A stretch of 64,000 bases of DNA, from positions 62,001 through 126,000 of the forward strand of contig CBFDEM010000023.1 of assembly GCA_965603825.1 (NCBI GenBank), read 5' to 3'. The stretch comes from Blepharisma stoltei ATCC 30299. Taxonomy: Eukaryota; Protista; Ciliophora. Every line of letters starts with the position of its first letter. Positions within the stretch are counted from its first letter, which is position 1. The notes below the pieces were generated by a model. The model saw only the letters and a list, made by a program, of their open reading frames with translations. It was not told the origin of the DNA and made no database searches. A program made the position numbers and the translations under genes. Positions 1-11,373 of this stretch are shown one piece after another.

Positions 1-1527
1 GAGCTTCTTCCTTGAATTTAAGCTACCTCGGACCTGAAAATTCACAAATTGGCAAGACCTCGAATTTCAAGCTAATAATAGATAACAGGGCGACCCAAGC
101 CAGGATCGTCAGCATTGTAGGACAAGTTCTCTTTGAACTGTCCGTGCAGGTGCCTGGGGACAAAACTTATGTGTTCACTAGCCTAGTATCCAGATTCTCC
201 CCCAGGCTGGACGGAGGCAACCCTAATGAGCTGCTTTTTGACTCTGACTTGTCGAAAATCCCTTTTGGAATAAATCCGTCAAGTAACGAAAGCTCTTTAA
301 TCCAGGCCCAATACAAGGTTCAGGTCTTTGTACTGTATGATGTGGGCTGCCGCACCAAGCGATCTGAAATCACTTTAGGGATCCACGTCAATCCCAAGGT
401 GGCAGAAGAAAGAGAAATCAAGCTTCCAAGTGATTGGAACCCCAAGGAAAACTCGACCTCCAATTTAATTTTACAGTCCAGCAGCGGCGTCCCAATTTCC
501 TCCCCAAAATCCGCGACACTTCCGAAGAGTCCAAAAAAGATGGATTTTAACTCTATAAGAACATTTAATAATGATACAAAATAGACTGAGCCTAAATAGT
601 TCTAGTGAATTTATATTAAGTGCACAAAGCTTGGCTGAGAGCTATAGAGTCCAGCTCGCGCTTGTTAGGCAGAATTTAGACGAAATTGTGATAAATCAGG
701 TGGGATTGAGGGTAAAAAATAGATAGGAGCTGGCAAACAAGTCTGAAGATACGCAAAGAAACTTAGTAGAAGTCTTGGCAAATCAGCTGGAAGAAGCTAA
801 AAATGAGCTGGAAACTCTGAAAATAAAGCAAAATCATAGTGAAAATGAAGTAGAAAGGCTGAAAAATTTAGCTGCTCAGCTGGAAAATACAAATAGCACA
901 CTGTAATAATAAAATAGGGTGAGTGAAAATAGCAGCTTGAAAAACCACGTAACCTCAATTTCTTCACAAATTTCTACTCTACAGCAGCAAATTGTAACAA
1001 ATAACAGTGAATTTGAAGCAATGAAAGCAGAAATCTCAGCACAAGCTACCAAGATTAAGGAAACTGAAGCAGAAAACCTAAATTTAAAACAAAACCTTAG
1101 CCAAGCACTCCAAGAAAAAGAAAAACTGATGAGCTCTAACATAAACAACGTCTCTGAGTTATCCCTTGCCAGAGAAGCCATCAGCTCTATGACTTCTCAA
1201 ATCGCCCAATTCCAAAAAGAAATACTGGAACTCCACAAAACAAACGAAAAACACATCGAGCAAATCGCGTCTATGCAGACTGAAAAACTCACCCTAATCC
1301 AACAAAACAGTAAATAATATGCAGAAGCTGCAGATGAGCTAATAAAAGAAATCTCCCACCCCAAGACCACTGTATATCCCTCACAGTCAATTAGAAGCGA
1401 CCTATCCACCTGCGTAATCTGCTGTGCGCCAAGATTCGGGAGGATGAAAAACTGTGCTGTCTGCCAAGTCCCGGTCCACGCAAGATGCACAACTGATGTA
1501 AAATTTGTGTGTAATAAATGCAAATAA
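1..1527 (+). CDS. 5'-partial coiled-coil protein with C-terminal PHD-type (C4HC3) zinc finger; 3 tiny introns and one apparent +1 frame break at ~580-584
   Basis: Removing introns 712-726, 903-917 and 1310-1324 gives one frame from 571 to TAA 1525-1527, ending CVICC..CAVC...HARC...CNKCK. ORF 12-584 overlaps it in another frame, so the join is uncertain and this could be two genes. Confidence 0.6.
712..726 (+). other. 15-nt spliceosomal intron
   Basis: GTAAAAAATAGATAG; removes an in-frame TAG and keeps frame. Confidence 0.85.
903..917 (+). other. 15-nt spliceosomal intron
   Basis: GTAATAATAAAATAG; removes in-frame stops and joins to ORF 919-1317. Confidence 0.9.
1310..1324 (+). other. 15-nt spliceosomal intron
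   Basis: GTAAATAATATGCAG; removes the TAA and joins the PHD finger exon. Confidence 0.9.
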
Positions 1528-1536
1528 ATTTTAACG

Positions 1537-3021
1537 TTACTGATTGCTTTTTCGAGTCATTTCTTCGAGGTTTGGGGTTGTGGCTGCGAGCCTTTTTGCT
1601 CTCGATTTTAGTTTTTGTACAGAAATCGGATATCGGACGTCTTCGATTTCTGGGTCATGGTGGAGGTCTTTGAGTTCTAGGAGGTCTCGCAGGGAAGTGG
1701 CTTTAAATTCGTGAGATTTATCTTGGAGCAGGATTGAGGATCGGTTTAGCCTGGAGGAGTCTACTGCTCCGTCTTCTCTTCTGGATATGAAAATTTGGAG
1801 ATGGCCGAGGTATTCTTCTAGTTCTCCTAGTAGTATGAATATATTTTGCTCTGTAAGTGTAGTGGTTTCGTCAAGTCTGATTTCTTCGGCGATTTCTAGG
1901 TCAGCTAAACTAGTTTTGCAGCGCTCTAGGACTTGCTAAATATAAGTTACTTTGAAATAAGGTTGCAGACTTTCGAGTGAGAGCCTGAAGTTTTCAGTTT
2001 GTCGTATTTTTCCGTTTTTATCTTCGACGAGATCGTTGAGCTTTTTCTTAGAGCTTTCATAGAGTGAATTCAGCTTTTCTAGTCCGAATTCTAAGGAAAT
2101 TCCATATGATTTTATTGCTTCTATTGTCTCACTATGTACTTCTTCCAACCTATCAATTTCCGCATTCATATTATTGATATACGTACAAATTTCATACAGC
2201 TGCTGCTCCGATTTAATAAGTGCAATCACTATTTCATCAAAATCAGCGATCCCTGACGCGTTTCTAATTTCCTCAAATGCATCTTCAATATTCATAATAT
2301 GTTTTACATAGTTATCCAGTATTTTCCTCTTTTCCTGCAATTTTTCTTTCCATTTGCTTGTCAGTTCTTTCAGCAGCTTCGTAATTTCTATCGTATCCCC
2401 CGGACTATTCAAATTCCCAAGTATTCCTTTCTCAATCCTCTTATGGACTTTTTGTTCTCTTTCTTTTTCATCAAAAATATGAGTGCTAAGCTCGCTTAGT
2501 TTTTGGCTGTACATGCTCCTATTATTCAGGCTTTTACTTCTGAGCTTTTCAATATTATTGAGATTCCTGCTTGCTAAATTCACTTTAGTCGTGAGTTCTT
2601 CGTGCTTTTCTTGTGTGACGACGCTGACGTTTAGGATGCCTTCGTCTAGGCTCTGCAGAGTCCTTTTGTAGTGCCGTTTGTCGCGGCGAAAGACATTTAC
2701 TTCATGTCGAATCAATCGGTTTTGTGACCTCATGTCGTTAAGACTCGTGATTTCGAGGTCGAGCTTCTTTTCTAGCATCTGCAGCTTGTTTTTCAGCTGG
2801 ATTTCAGTTGGGCCAGATGTAAAATGGGTCTTATTTAAACAACTAGTTTTGCTTAGTTCATCCTGAAAATACTCTAACTGCTGGTCTAAGTAGACACTTT
2901 CGCGCTTTTCTTTTTCCAGCTTCTCTGTGATTTCTTCGATGTGCTTGTGTAAAATTTCAATTTCAGGCTCTCGGACCATCATTGAAGTTCGGGCTCCTGT
3001 CATAAAGCTTCGATTACTCAT
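1537..3021 (-). CDS. Outer dynein arm docking complex subunit-like coiled-coil protein (ODAD1/CCDC114-DC2-like)
   Basis: Long coiled coil with LEKKLD..N..LR..VN..R and AFEEIR..SGI.D.DEIV..I.SE..Y.N motifs. Intron 1936-1950 extends the ORF to TAA at 1537-1539, with an E.NI..LGELE motif in exon 2. Confidence 0.75.
1936..1950 (-). other. 15-nt spliceosomal intron
   Basis: GTAACTTATATTTAG on the minus strand; 133 open codons follow. Confidence 0.9.
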
Positions 3022-3057
3022 TTAATTATTAAGAAAATTATCAAATTCTCTCGATTT

Positions 3058-5277
3058 TTACCAGCCGAAACTAGGGGATTTTGGCTCATTTGGACTCTTT
3101 GGCTCTCTTCTATTCTTCGTAGCACCTTCACTCTGCCGTTGCTCCACAATGAGGTCAGATAATCTTGGCTCCGGAGTTTGGCTGCTTGGAAATTCAGGAG
3201 ATCTCGGTGTTTCTCTGGGCTTTGGAATTGAAACTTTAGCAGATGAAGGAGGTAGGCCGCTAAAGCTTGATTTTTTCTTATGCATAGTCGGCGATATATC
3301 CATAGTTGGTGTTTTAGATCTCGCTGGAGGAGGCGTGATCAGCCCAGATGGCCTCCTCGAGTGTTTTCCTTTAGAAGGGGGCTGTATATCATCTTGGCTT
3401 GTATTTAAATCAGAATTTTTCCTTGATACCGACCTCATTGTCATCCCAGATTTTAATTCTGTATAAAAATTACTGAAATCTCTTGTACCTCTCCCACCGA
3501 TACTTTCTCTTATAATAACCTTGCAAAAGCTTTCCTGGGTCAGCCCATCCAGACTTGCATCTGAATTCAGTCTTAACCCATCATCATAATGGCTTTGAAT
3601 TTCTTCTATTTCAATATCCTCATCTATTGACATCGCATAATTTTTAAAACCTTCAAAATCTAGATGTGTCACTCCCTGAGCATTAAACCAGGCCATTAAT
3701 AGTGCTGTATCTTTTATTTGAACTGTTTTATAGACTTCAATCAAAACCATCCAAAACTTGCTTTTCTTTACAGTGAAATTCAAAGACTTGCAATTTTCAT
3801 AATGGCTTTTTATATCGATTTTCTGTAAAAAAGTATCTCTTGATATCCTTCCTGTGTTCCTGGGGTCTAAAACATTAAAAAGAACTGTAGCTTCATCATC
3901 TGGCATTGCAAGCTCTAGGATTTTCCTTACCCCTTCAATCAGCTGGTCTCTTGATATCTCATTATTCTGTCTATCTACATCTAAAACTGAAAACACGTTT
4001 TCAGCAGTTTCTCCCATACGGATAATTTTATGGCAAATTCTAAATACCATAAACTGTTCTGGACTAAAACTTTCGGGCTTCAGCAAGCTTATAGCTTTTC
4101 CTCTGCTTCCTCGGTCAGTGTCAAACAAGTTATAAACCAAATTCATCACGTCAATTAGAAACGCTGAGCCTTCTTTGTCAGTTTGTCCTGTAACTGTTTC
4201 GCGTTTCCTTGTTTTCATGTCTTTTAACGCATTAGCTACAAGTTTATTGAACTCAATCCTGGCTTTTGTCAAAAATAAAGCCAGCTGATGAGGAATTGGG
4301 TCATGATGGATCACTTGTATGAGCCTTGAAAGCAGAGTTCCTCATGAATTTCTCCTATGATTTAAGTCTTCTAGTGTTGGTATTATTTGGCATAATGCTT
4401 TGTGAGCGATTTTTTTAAGCCCATACACACGAATTAAATGGTCCATCATGTAGTCTGGCATGGTCCTTGGTGTCCTTTTGGCATCTAAATCTGCACAGTC
4501 CGCCTCATATTTTTTATCAAGCATTTCTTCAAAAAACCTAAAAACGTTATGTATTGACATAGGTCTTTCCCCTCTGCCTCTATGGGCTTCATAATAAATC
4601 ATTAATGGGTTTTCACTAATTGCTGTTTTTTGTTCTTCTGATAAAATCCCAAGTGCAGCCCTAACGCCATCTTGGTTAACCTTACGGTCATCGTCATCAT
4701 ATATAGAAGCCACGTCAAATTCAATAGTTTTGAGCATCAAACTTCCTTCTGTTTCCAAAACTGCAGGCCCGTCTATCATCTCTTTTCACCTATCAAACAG
4801 CCTTGATAGATCTTGCAGGCAAAACTTTTTCATGTACTTTAAAGCACCTCAAAGTACTTTTCGCTTATGAGAATCTGCCAGAACGGTAAGTTCCTGCCGC
4901 ATTTGTTGGTTTTCTGAAGATAGCTCTTGGATTTTGAGGGAATAGTCTGTGTCAATTTTTTGGAGTTTTTCTTCATTTTCCTTTGTGAGAAAATTGATTG
5001 CAGATTTGTCTTGGCATCCGTCAATAAGCGTAGCCTTGAGTTTTTCGTTTCTTTGGGTGAGACTTATGTTGTCGCTTTTTAATAATTTTAATTCATTTGT
5101 GAGAAGATTTATAGAGGACTCTTTTTCTGATATAAGTTTTTCGTAGAGGGATTTTAATTGGCTTTGGGAGAGTTTTTGGTCTTCTGCAAGCTTCTTGAGC
5201 TGCCTATTTTCTTCGTTTAATTCAGTGACTGTAGCTTGTAGTTTGGAGTTTTCGCAAGCTTGGCAGGCATTTCCCAT
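3058..5277 (-). CDS. EF-hand-containing coiled-coil protein with putative N-myristoylation/palmitoylation (MGNAC)
   Basis: ORFs 4849-5277, 4342-4779 and 3058-4314 are one frame joined through TGA=Trp. EF-hands DVDRQNNEISRDQL and DPRNTGRISRDTF. Probable stopless intron 3459-3473. Confidence 0.8.
3459..3473 (-). other. Probable 15-nt in-frame intron
   Basis: GTAATTTTTATACAG matches the consensus (A at position 10) but has no stop, so it is not required by the frame. Confidence 0.6.
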
Positions 5278-5313
5278 ATTACGAAACAGTATTATTTGAA
5301 TATTTAAACATAT

Positions 5314-6723
5314 TTATAAATTTCCTTTATAGTCTATGGCTTGCTTTTCACATTTATAGAGCGGTCCTCAATACCCAAACTTATTGACAGGAATTTCTGG
5401 GCCTTTTGGAGAATCATCAAGAATAGGAAAATAAGCAGGCTCGATGTCATAGGAAACTTTTTTAGGCATATGGCTGTATTTTCCACATTTAAGCCGATGC
5501 ATGGCAATGGTTGGGACTAATTTTCTGCCTTTTCTTTTTGCTGAGGCATCAAATCCTAGTCTTTCTAATATCCTTGGTGAAGCGCAGTCAATAGGAGTCA
5601 TGCTATCATCATTGATAACTAGCAGATTTGAGCCTTTTTCTATCAGAAAATAGATCAAATCTGCATTGTCCCCAATAAAAGCGGCATGAAGCTCAGTGTT
5701 TTTATTTTCACACTTGACGTTTAGTTTAGCGCCTATTTGCCATAGATGGTAAACTAGTAATAAACAGCCATTTAAAGCAGCCAAATATAACGCTGTGTTA
5801 CCTTTTTCGTCTTTTTTGTTGATTATTTGTATGGACAGCTGGTGGCTTATGCTTTTGACTCCTTGGAAATCATTTTTTTTGGTGAGGTTTATAAAAGTCT
5901 GAAATTTGTCGTCAGAAAAGTTTTTAAATTTTATAGGGCTGGGAGATCTTATTGGGGCAGGCTTGGCTCGGGCCGATCTTTCTGATGGGGCAAAGCTTGA
6001 GTTCAGCCGTTTCATTGGAAGTTGAGGGTCGGTATGGGATTTTGAAAGGGAGCTGCCTGTAAAAAAGGTTCTTTCTGAATATGAATTTATTTGGCTTTGG
6101 TTTGGAGACTTTGCAGGAGTTATTTTTGACAAATTTAAGGTAAAACCTGAGCTGTTCTGAAGAGCTCTTGTGCTTTGTGGGCGAATTTGTTTTTCTGATC
6201 GTATGATATTGATTTGTGGCGATTTTATTTTTATATGTTTATCACTTCTACTTTTAAATGTAGATACCCTAGGCTTGCTATCTTTTTTAGTATTCTCTTT
6301 CTTCTCTTTTGGCTTCCTTGCTTTTTTATTAGTATTTTCTGCAATTTTGCTACTCGAATAATAATTTTTCGTTATGAAAAAGGTACTAGATTCATGAATT
6401 TGGTCTGCTCACTTCATAGGGTCTTGATATTGATCTTTTGTTTCCTGCACTTCTGTGCATGTTTCTTCATTTTCAGCCTGTGAAGTAGATATACTCAGTC
6501 TTACTGCTTTTTTCAGCCTCGAAAGCTTGGATTTTAAAATCGGTTGCGCAACTGATTTCTCACACAATTCTGATGAGCTTAGCTTCATTGAGCTTAAAGA
6601 TGCCAAAAGTTTTTGTGTGCACTGAGATATCAAATCTAAGTCAGGATCTGCAGAATAGCTATTAGCTTTATTCAAGTCTGAAATTTCAAACTCTCTTGCC
6701 AAATCTTTTCTCAAAATATCCAT
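5314..6723 (-). CDS. Ankyrin-repeat protein
   Basis: ORFs 6409-6723 and 5368-6132 share a frame and join through TGA; reads on to TAA 5314-5316. GNTALYLAA..G and NTELHAA ankyrin repeats. Confidence 0.8.
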
Positions 6724-6804
6724 TTTTCAATATTTTTCGGCCAAAATTTTTAATTTAATATTTATTAGTCATCAAATATATGATGCTAAAATTTTCATTT
6801 GGCT

Positions 6805-7653
6805 TTAATCCCTCATGACCTTCACATATTTCTTAAAGGCTTCTTCTATTTTTTTCACGTTCTTTCTGACTCGGCTCAGCTTTTGGATTCTCAATTTAAC
6901 TTTTTTTCCGTAGAAGGCCTCCATGATTCTGGTGTCCCATATTTTGGTGTCATTTCTGAAGCTTGGCTTAAGCTCTTCTTTGATAAAGTCGCAGTTAATC
7001 TCTTCTGAGTGTTCTTTATTTTCAGCTTCATTTAATGACAACTGAATTGCTCTTTTGACTTCTTCATCTTCGAAGTCGTCGTTGGCGTTGTAGCAAAAAT
7101 TTGAATTTTCTTCTCTTAGACAAATTTTGCTGAAGTTTCCAATCCCTAAGTTGCTGACGATCATATCTTCACAGTTTCGAAGAGAAGTGTTTTTTCCGAG
7201 AATCTCGATCTCTGTGCCAAATGTAGAAACTTGCAGCTTACTGCAGAGGAATTTTTTTAATTGGCCAAGTGAAATTTTATCTGAAACCCAAAATGAAGCT
7301 TTCGGTTCTTGAGTAATCGAGGAATTACCTTTAACAACCCAGACGTCAATTGATATGGGATTAATATCAGGCTTCCCCTCAATCAAAAAAACTTCGATTT
7401 CTGGGCCACCGCCGAACTGGCTGACTAAAGACCTTCACTCATTTTCGCTTACAATTACAAAGTCCTTGTTTTCTTCAATGCCTGAGCGGATTTTAAATTG
7501 TCTGATGTTATTTGTTGAATTTTTCACTAAGCTTTTATTATCAATTTGGTCAGGGCTGGTATTTAAATTTGAATAATGATCCCATCACTCTTTGCAAATC
7601 AAAAACTTGGTCAAGCCTGAATCATCTATATTTATGCTTGCGTTCCTATCCAT
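6805..7653 (-). CDS. DUSP-domain + ubiquitin-like + UIM protein with no USP catalytic domain
   Basis: With TGA=Trp the ORF extends to ATG 7653. FLICKEWW..Y/PDQIDN.SL/DFVIVS..EW..L...FGGGPEI is the DUSP signature; EDEEVKRAIQLSL is a UIM. Confidence 0.75.
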
Positions 7654-7661
7654 TTTATTAT

Positions 7662-9125
7662 CTAAAAAGCGTAAATTAGTCTTTTAAACAGATTTTTCCC
7701 TACTACTGGCAAAGCTTGGGCAAGGATATCTAAAACTATCTGCATTCCACGAGGATTGAGGTCAGTTACTTTATAGATTTGGCGATTTAGGGTAATTTTT
7801 GCATTTTGAATCACAAAAGAGGTTACATCAAGATTAGAAAAGTCCATTTCAGGATTTTTGGGGAGGGAATTAGTGGTAGGAGAAGAGCCTGAAAGTGATA
7901 AGAAGTTATGGGATTTATTGGAAATGGAGTCTTTTATTGGGACCCATAAGTAATTTTCAGGACAGAGAAGCTCGCTAGGGTGAAATTCCCCTTTATATCG
8001 CATTTTTTGGCAGGTATCGACGTAAAATCCCATATAGTAGTATTTGAAATTGCTTGATAAATGCTTTTGAATAAATTCTATTTCTTTTATAGCAGAGAAT
8101 ACACCTGGGGAGAGAAAAGTAATTTCAGGAGAGTAAAAGAAGTAGACCGCGGAAAGTCCTGATGGAAGAATATCAAGAACACTTACAGCTACTAAGCATC
8201 CGTCAATTTTATGAAGCATATGGAAGCTGCCTAAGCCGAAAGGGTATTCATTCGATGGTTGCTCTTTAACTAGCGAAGATTTGCATAGAAATCTTTCATA
8301 GCCTTTAGGATTAATTTCGTCAGGTTTATCTTTATGAACTGCAATTTGATATTCCCTATAAATTTCATAAGCTTCTTGAGAAAAATCGTCATTGACTAGT
8401 TCGTATTCATAAGTATGAGGATTTGTCTCTACATCTACACTCATTCGGGGATTTTCTGGGATTTTAATTTTCAAGATTCCTTCTTCGACTAAGTTAATAA
8501 ATCCTTTTTCTGCTGAAAATATTTTCCATTTCGAATTTTCTATTTCTTGCAAAAGATTGTTTTTCAAAATTTCATTAATTTCGTCCAAATTTCTTTCCTC
8601 CCCTTTTTGCTTAATTTTTGCATTTATTGCTAATGCAGAACTTATTGAGTAATTCCCAAATTTTGCTTCTCTATTTGGAGAATTTCTTTTAATTACACAC
8701 AATCCAACGGTGAACTGAACACCTAATGCATTAACAGTAGCCATGACTGCATTTTTTACTTTTTCGTAGAGTTCTTCAGGGACAATAAGCATTTCTTTAA
8801 TTGATTCACGCTTTTCTGCTTTATTGTTAGGTTTTTTGCTTAACCCTGATAAGTACCTTTGGAATTTTTTCGTAACTTTTCGCTGATTTTTATTGGGCTC
8901 ATAATTGCTTGCATCCATCCTTATCGTATTTAATTTGCAGCAAGATTTGCTTAAGTTTGGTTTATAATAGTAATTTCCACATCTTCTTCAGCCTTTAAGC
9001 ATAAGGTCTTCATAAACGTTGACTTTCATCTTTTCGCACACTAATCCGAAGCTAGCAGATTTTCCAGTTTTGCAGTATCCGCATTTATTGCCAGTTTGTT
9101 CGCCTATTAGGTTGACTAAGCTCAT
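7662..9125 (-). CDS. ATE1: Arginyl-tRNA--protein transferase 1 with inserted ArgRS N-terminal-like domain
   Basis: ATE_N motifs CGYC and GWRR.G.Y.YKP...SCC..TIR (W=TGA 8988-8990); ATE_C motifs YQIAVH, GSFH, AVSVLDILP.GLSAVY.FY.P and YYYMGFY...C.KM.YK. Confidence 0.93.
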
Positions 9126-9387
9126 CTAAATATGGAACTTTCTTTTTATAAATTCTGAATAATGAGAAAATGCATTGAAAATTTAGCGTCCAAACATAAG
9201 AATTAAAATTTATCGCTCTTTATCATATAAATTGAATTATTTTAATATAATGATTTTTATATATTTTATCTATATTTAAATAATTCCCAATTAAAAAACT
9301 TAATTTATAATTAATAAGCTCTAAAATCACTGTCATTAACTTATTATAAGAGAGCTAAAAAAATAAGATAGTTTTATTAAATAGGAA

Positions 9388-10671
9388 ATGGATGAGAATG
9401 GGTTAGAAAAATGCGTCTCATTCTTAAGAGATGCCCTGAATAAAAAGTCACCTGCACTTCGGAATGATGCTGTTCTATCTCAATTTATCGAAAAAATCTA
9501 TACTATGCTAGTTATAAGTGACATGGATTTGGTAGTAAAAATAAAACCAAATGGAAAACTTTGTATGTTTTGCAGCAAAATTATCAACGGAATTAACATT
9601 GGATCGGCTATAGGGCTCCAATGCAGCCCTTCTGAGCATTATTTCTGCAGTAAAAACTGCTTGAAAAAGCATGCACTATTATGCACAAAAAATACCTTAC
9701 TGGATTTAGAATATGTAAGATGCCCTTCATGTAGAGTCAGCATTAATATTGACCTAATTAGTGACGCTTTTGAGGGGCATATAGAAGATATCCAAAGAGA
9801 CGCCTGTGACCGAGCTTTAAAAGAGCTTTTAAATGAAGAAGAAAAAGAAAACCTGCAAGCCAAGTTTAACTGTGGAATTTGTTATGGGGAATTTAAAGTA
9901 GAAGAAAGCGTCACCCTTGAATGTGACCACAGGTTTTGTTTTCCCTGCATCAAAATGCATATGGAGCTACTCATAGAATCAGCCCAAGTAAGTGACGAAC
10001 ACCTAAGATGCCCGACCTGTGTCCAGCCACTGACTGCTTATGAAATTGAAGATATCGTAGGTCCTCAGCTTTACGAAAAATATGAAAAATTCCGATTAAG
10101 AGGCTTCAAGCTGTCAGCTGAAGAAGATGAAAATTCCATTTTGTTCCAATGCAGAGGGGTTGACTGTGAATATCTATGTATCATTGAAAAAGGAGTAGGA
10201 CAGTTTACATGCCCAAAATGCAATTATAAGTGCTGCCCTATGTGCAAAAAAGATATACACGATGGGATGACTTGTGAACAGTTTGAAAAATATTTGAAGG
10301 AAAATGATAAAGAAAGCAAAGCTTTTGAGCAGCTTTTAAGGAGAGAAGGGCTACTGAGGTGTCCAGTGTGTGGGGCGGTTGTGGAGAGAATTGATGGGTG
10401 CGAGTTTATGGTATGCTCGTCTAGTGAATGCCAAGGGATGACTTATTTTTGTTATAATTGTGGGAGGAAATTGGAAAGAGACCATGAGCCTCATAGATGC
10501 AAAGTAAGGGAGTTGCCAGAGAATCAGCGGAATATGTATAGAGCGAATGAGGATATGATTGCTGAGGTAGGGAGAAGAGGAATTAACCCACGCCAAAGAG
10601 AAAGAATAAACAGATTAGGGGTGCATGCAGATGGTGTTGAGAGATTGCTGGGACGGCCTGCTTGGCGATAA
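9388..10671 (+). CDS. RBR-type E3 ubiquitin ligase (extra N-terminal RING-like finger, RING1-IBR-RING2)
   Basis: CGIC..C.H.FC..C..CP.C RING1, IBR C..C..CP.C..C..C..H..C, RING2 CP.C...ERIDGC..M.C...FCY.C. Confidence 0.9.
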   Translation: MDENGLEKCVSFLRDALNKKSPALRNDAVLSQFIEKIYTMLVISDMDLVVKIKPNGKLCMFCSKIINGINIGSAIGLQCSPSEHYFCSKNCLKKHALLCTKNTLLDLEYVRCPSCRVSINIDLISDAFEGHIEDIQRDACDRALKELLNEEEKENLQAKFNCGICYGEFKVEESVTLECDHRFCFPCIKMHMELLIESAQVSDEHLRCPTCVQPLTAYEIEDIVGPQLYEKYEKFRLRGFKLSAEEDENSILFQCRGVDCEYLCIIEKGVGQFTCPKCNYKCCPMCKKDIHDGMTCEQFEKYLKENDKESKAFEQLLRREGLLRCPVCGAVVERIDGCEFMVCSSSECQGMTYFCYNCGRKLERDHEPHRCKVRELPENQRNMYRANEDMIAEVGRRGINPRQRERINRLGVHADGVERLLGRPAWR

Positions 10672-10704
10672 ATCGATAAATTAATTCAGTTAAAATTTTT
10701 AAAA

Positions 10705-11112
10705 ATGAATCGACCCTCTAATGAAAAAATTGAAAATCTGCGAACCAAGCTAAAAATCATCAATTCTAACATCGTAGAAGCAAGAAATACACAAAAGAAT
10801 TACTATTGTCAGCAGAATCCCAGATCTCAAACTCCTTTATCAGATTTGCGATCCCCAAGAAGCGAAATCTCAAAGCTTCAAAAAGAAAATCGAGAACTCG
10901 TTCAGAACTACCGCGAAAAAGAAGATGAAGTTATTAGGCTGACCAAAATGGTCGAAGAGCTTCAGCAGCAGCTAAAAGTCTCGAGAGCGCAATATCGTGC
11001 TGTTTCTGTAGAAAGAGCATGGAAACGTGATAGTAATAAAGAAAACGAAGTTGAAAGATGGGACCATTCATATGAAAGATTATACCAGCATAGAATAAAG
11101 AGGCTAATTTAA
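10705..11112 (+). CDS. Small coiled-coil hypothetical protein
   Basis: ATG after an AT-rich leader, TAA stop, heptad-like charged composition. Confidence 0.65.
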   Translation: MNRPSNEKIENLRTKLKIINSNIVEARNTQKNYYCQQNPRSQTPLSDLRSPRSEISKLQKENRELVQNYREKEDEVIRLTKMVEELQQQLKVSRAQYRAVSVERAWKRDSNKENEVERWDHSYERLYQHRIKRLI

Positions 11113-11373
11113 ATAAATTTGTTACAGATAATTTAGGCCAATATCAGAAATTTATGTTTTCTTCATAGTATACCTCGATTTTTTTTCCCTGCTTTTAAGC
11201 CTGTCTTTTGGCTTATTTTTCCTAAATTTATAATAAATTCGATTTAAGACAGTTTTTAGACGCCTGCCGAACCTTAAAACTTCCTATCGATCATAGCTTT
11301 TTCTGCGCTGCTCTGAGGCTTAAATATCGAAAATATTTGTTTTACTTAAAATCATTTTAAATCTAAACAAAAT

